Of a stretch of DNA of 64,000 nucleotides, positions 62,621 to 64,000 are shown piece after piece. Position 1 is the stretch's first letter, and every line of letters begins with the position of its first letter. The DNA is taken from assembly GCF_036321535.1 (NCBI RefSeq), contig NC_087436.1, forward strand, positions 37,574,001-37,638,000. Direction: 5' to 3'. A program made the position numbers and the translations under genes. Source of the DNA: Camelus dromedarius. Its lineage: Eukaryota. A model generated the notes under the pieces. The model was not told where the DNA came from. It did not search any database and saw nothing but the letters and a program-made list of their open reading frames with translations.

Positions 62621-63554
62621 TTTGCAGCCTCTTGAAGTATTACCTATTGATATCATGGTTGTCGTACCACACTTTCTTCCAAAGCAAAAAGTGAAGGGGC
62701 AGGGGAAACAACTTTGATTCCAGGGAGAAATCAAAGTAAATACAATATTTTACAGTTTTTATATTTCCCTTTAAAAAAAGCTCAAAGCATATTGTTTAAA
62801 AAGCAGCCCCACTCAACATATTATGATCCCAAAGTTCATCCTTGCTTTACCGGACTCTTATAAGACCAGCTCCTCGTCTGAATTTTTCTAAAGCAGATTT
62901 TTCCCTGTCCTAAAATTTATTTTAAGAAATGTAAGTACTTTTTAAAATAAATTTTGTGTTCAGAAAATTATCACTGTAACCTAGCCAGGAAAACTATTTT
63001 GATTCATTATAGTTTCAAGGAGAGGTAATCTCAGTAGAATAGGATGAATGTTAAATTCTGATGATGTGCCCTCTTTACCTGGCGTTAAACTCATTCACAT
63101 TAGCACTGACTAAACCTATGTCTTAAACATGGTGGAATATCTCTGATATTTGTTGCCTCCTGGGAACAATATACTGGTTTTAGATGCACTTAAGGAGCTC
63201 CTGTGTCTTTCCCTATATTCAAAGCATTCAAATGTCTTTATGCAAAACATTGGTGTACTTTAAGAAAATTAAACAATAGTTGTTTGTTTGTTTTTTTTTT
63301 CCCATGTGGATAGTGCACTCCCCTCCAGATGCAGTATTTGGCAGCCAAACAGCTGCTGGCCATTAAATGTCCCTTAAAGCTTCATTTTTTGCTTATGAAG
63401 GGAAGAGTAATGTAGGGACGCTTATGGGGTGATGGGTAGATGTTTTGGTTTGAGCAAGACTATGTGCTAAGCAAAAGCTAAAATGATCTTTTTTATGATA
63501 TCATCAGCATTTTTACAATTCTTTTGACCTTTTTGTTTCTAACCTCTTTCTTAC

Positions 63555-63575
63555 CTGACCCAAAGTTAAACTATT
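63555..63575 (-). other. Candidate 21-nt microexon (phase 0 reading NSLTLGQ)
   Basis: Minus strand: CTCTTTATTCTGCCCTTTCAG|AATAGTTTAACTTTGGGTCAG|GTAAGA; no expression evidence. Confidence 0.3.
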
Positions 63576-64000
63576 CTGAAAGGGCAGAATAAAGAGCCAT
63601 TTATATAGTTACTGTCCACATTGTAGAGAAGTTAATAGTATCATCTGCTTTCTCAGACAGACATTATTTTCAGTCCATTCACACTGTTCTGTCAGATAAA
63701 AGAAATTAATTTTGAAGTGCTGAGTGAGTATTTTTAATGACTCACAAAACATCACAGATCATCATAAATTTTTTCTCATGAATTTTACTAATTCTTAGTC
63801 ATGCTTTAATTTAAATAGTTTCAATATTAAAATTCATGAAACGAAATTTGTCAGTTTTTCAGAAATTCTAGTTCTTCAAACTAGTAAACATCAAAGTTAC
63901 GTTGGGTTTCAGGACAACAGTCTAATTAAGCCTCTTCTCTTTCCAAAATAAGAAAGTAGCATCTCAAGCATGTGTTTCTGTGTAATATCTTACATAAAAT

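Noticed and set aside
1..64000. The ORFs in the supplied six-frame track as protein-coding genes
   Set aside because: All are 133 aa or shorter, many start at non-ATG codons, none shows a recognisable non-transposon domain, and many lie within repeats. This is what chance produces in mammalian non-coding DNA.
1..64000. Assigning a host gene name or transcription direction
   Set aside because: No exon was recognisable, L1/LTR orientations are mixed, and candidate splice signals occur on both strands.

Overview
AT-rich, CpG-depleted mammalian genomic DNA, almost certainly from a camelid (camel, alpaca or llama). The taxon call rests on four copies of the tRNA-derived Vic-1-type SINE with its characteristic ...AAATAAACCTAATTACC(C)n tail. 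I recognise no protein-coding exon, pseudogene, rRNA, real tRNA gene or CRISPR array. The supplied ORFs are short, lack recognisable domains and look like chance ORFs or repeat remnants, so the window is intronic or intergenic and I cannot name the host locus. About 1-31 kb is dense in old interspersed repeats (L2, MIR, L1, MLT1/MLT2, LTR16, LTR33, ERV1-type LTRs, hAT fossils Charlie1/Arthur1/MER20B/MER5A, a MER121-like element), with several nested insertions. About 31.5-64 kb is mostly unique sequence with CpG-retaining patches, enhancer- or promoter-like motif clusters and several well-formed but unconfirmed splice-site pairs. These include a 21-nt minus-strand microexon candidate and three recursive-splice-site-like motifs. 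Repeat subfamily names are recalled from consensus sequences by eye, and most boundaries are approximate. I did not find a demonstrable new biological system; the best leads are splicing and regulatory hypotheses that need RNA-seq and alignments.
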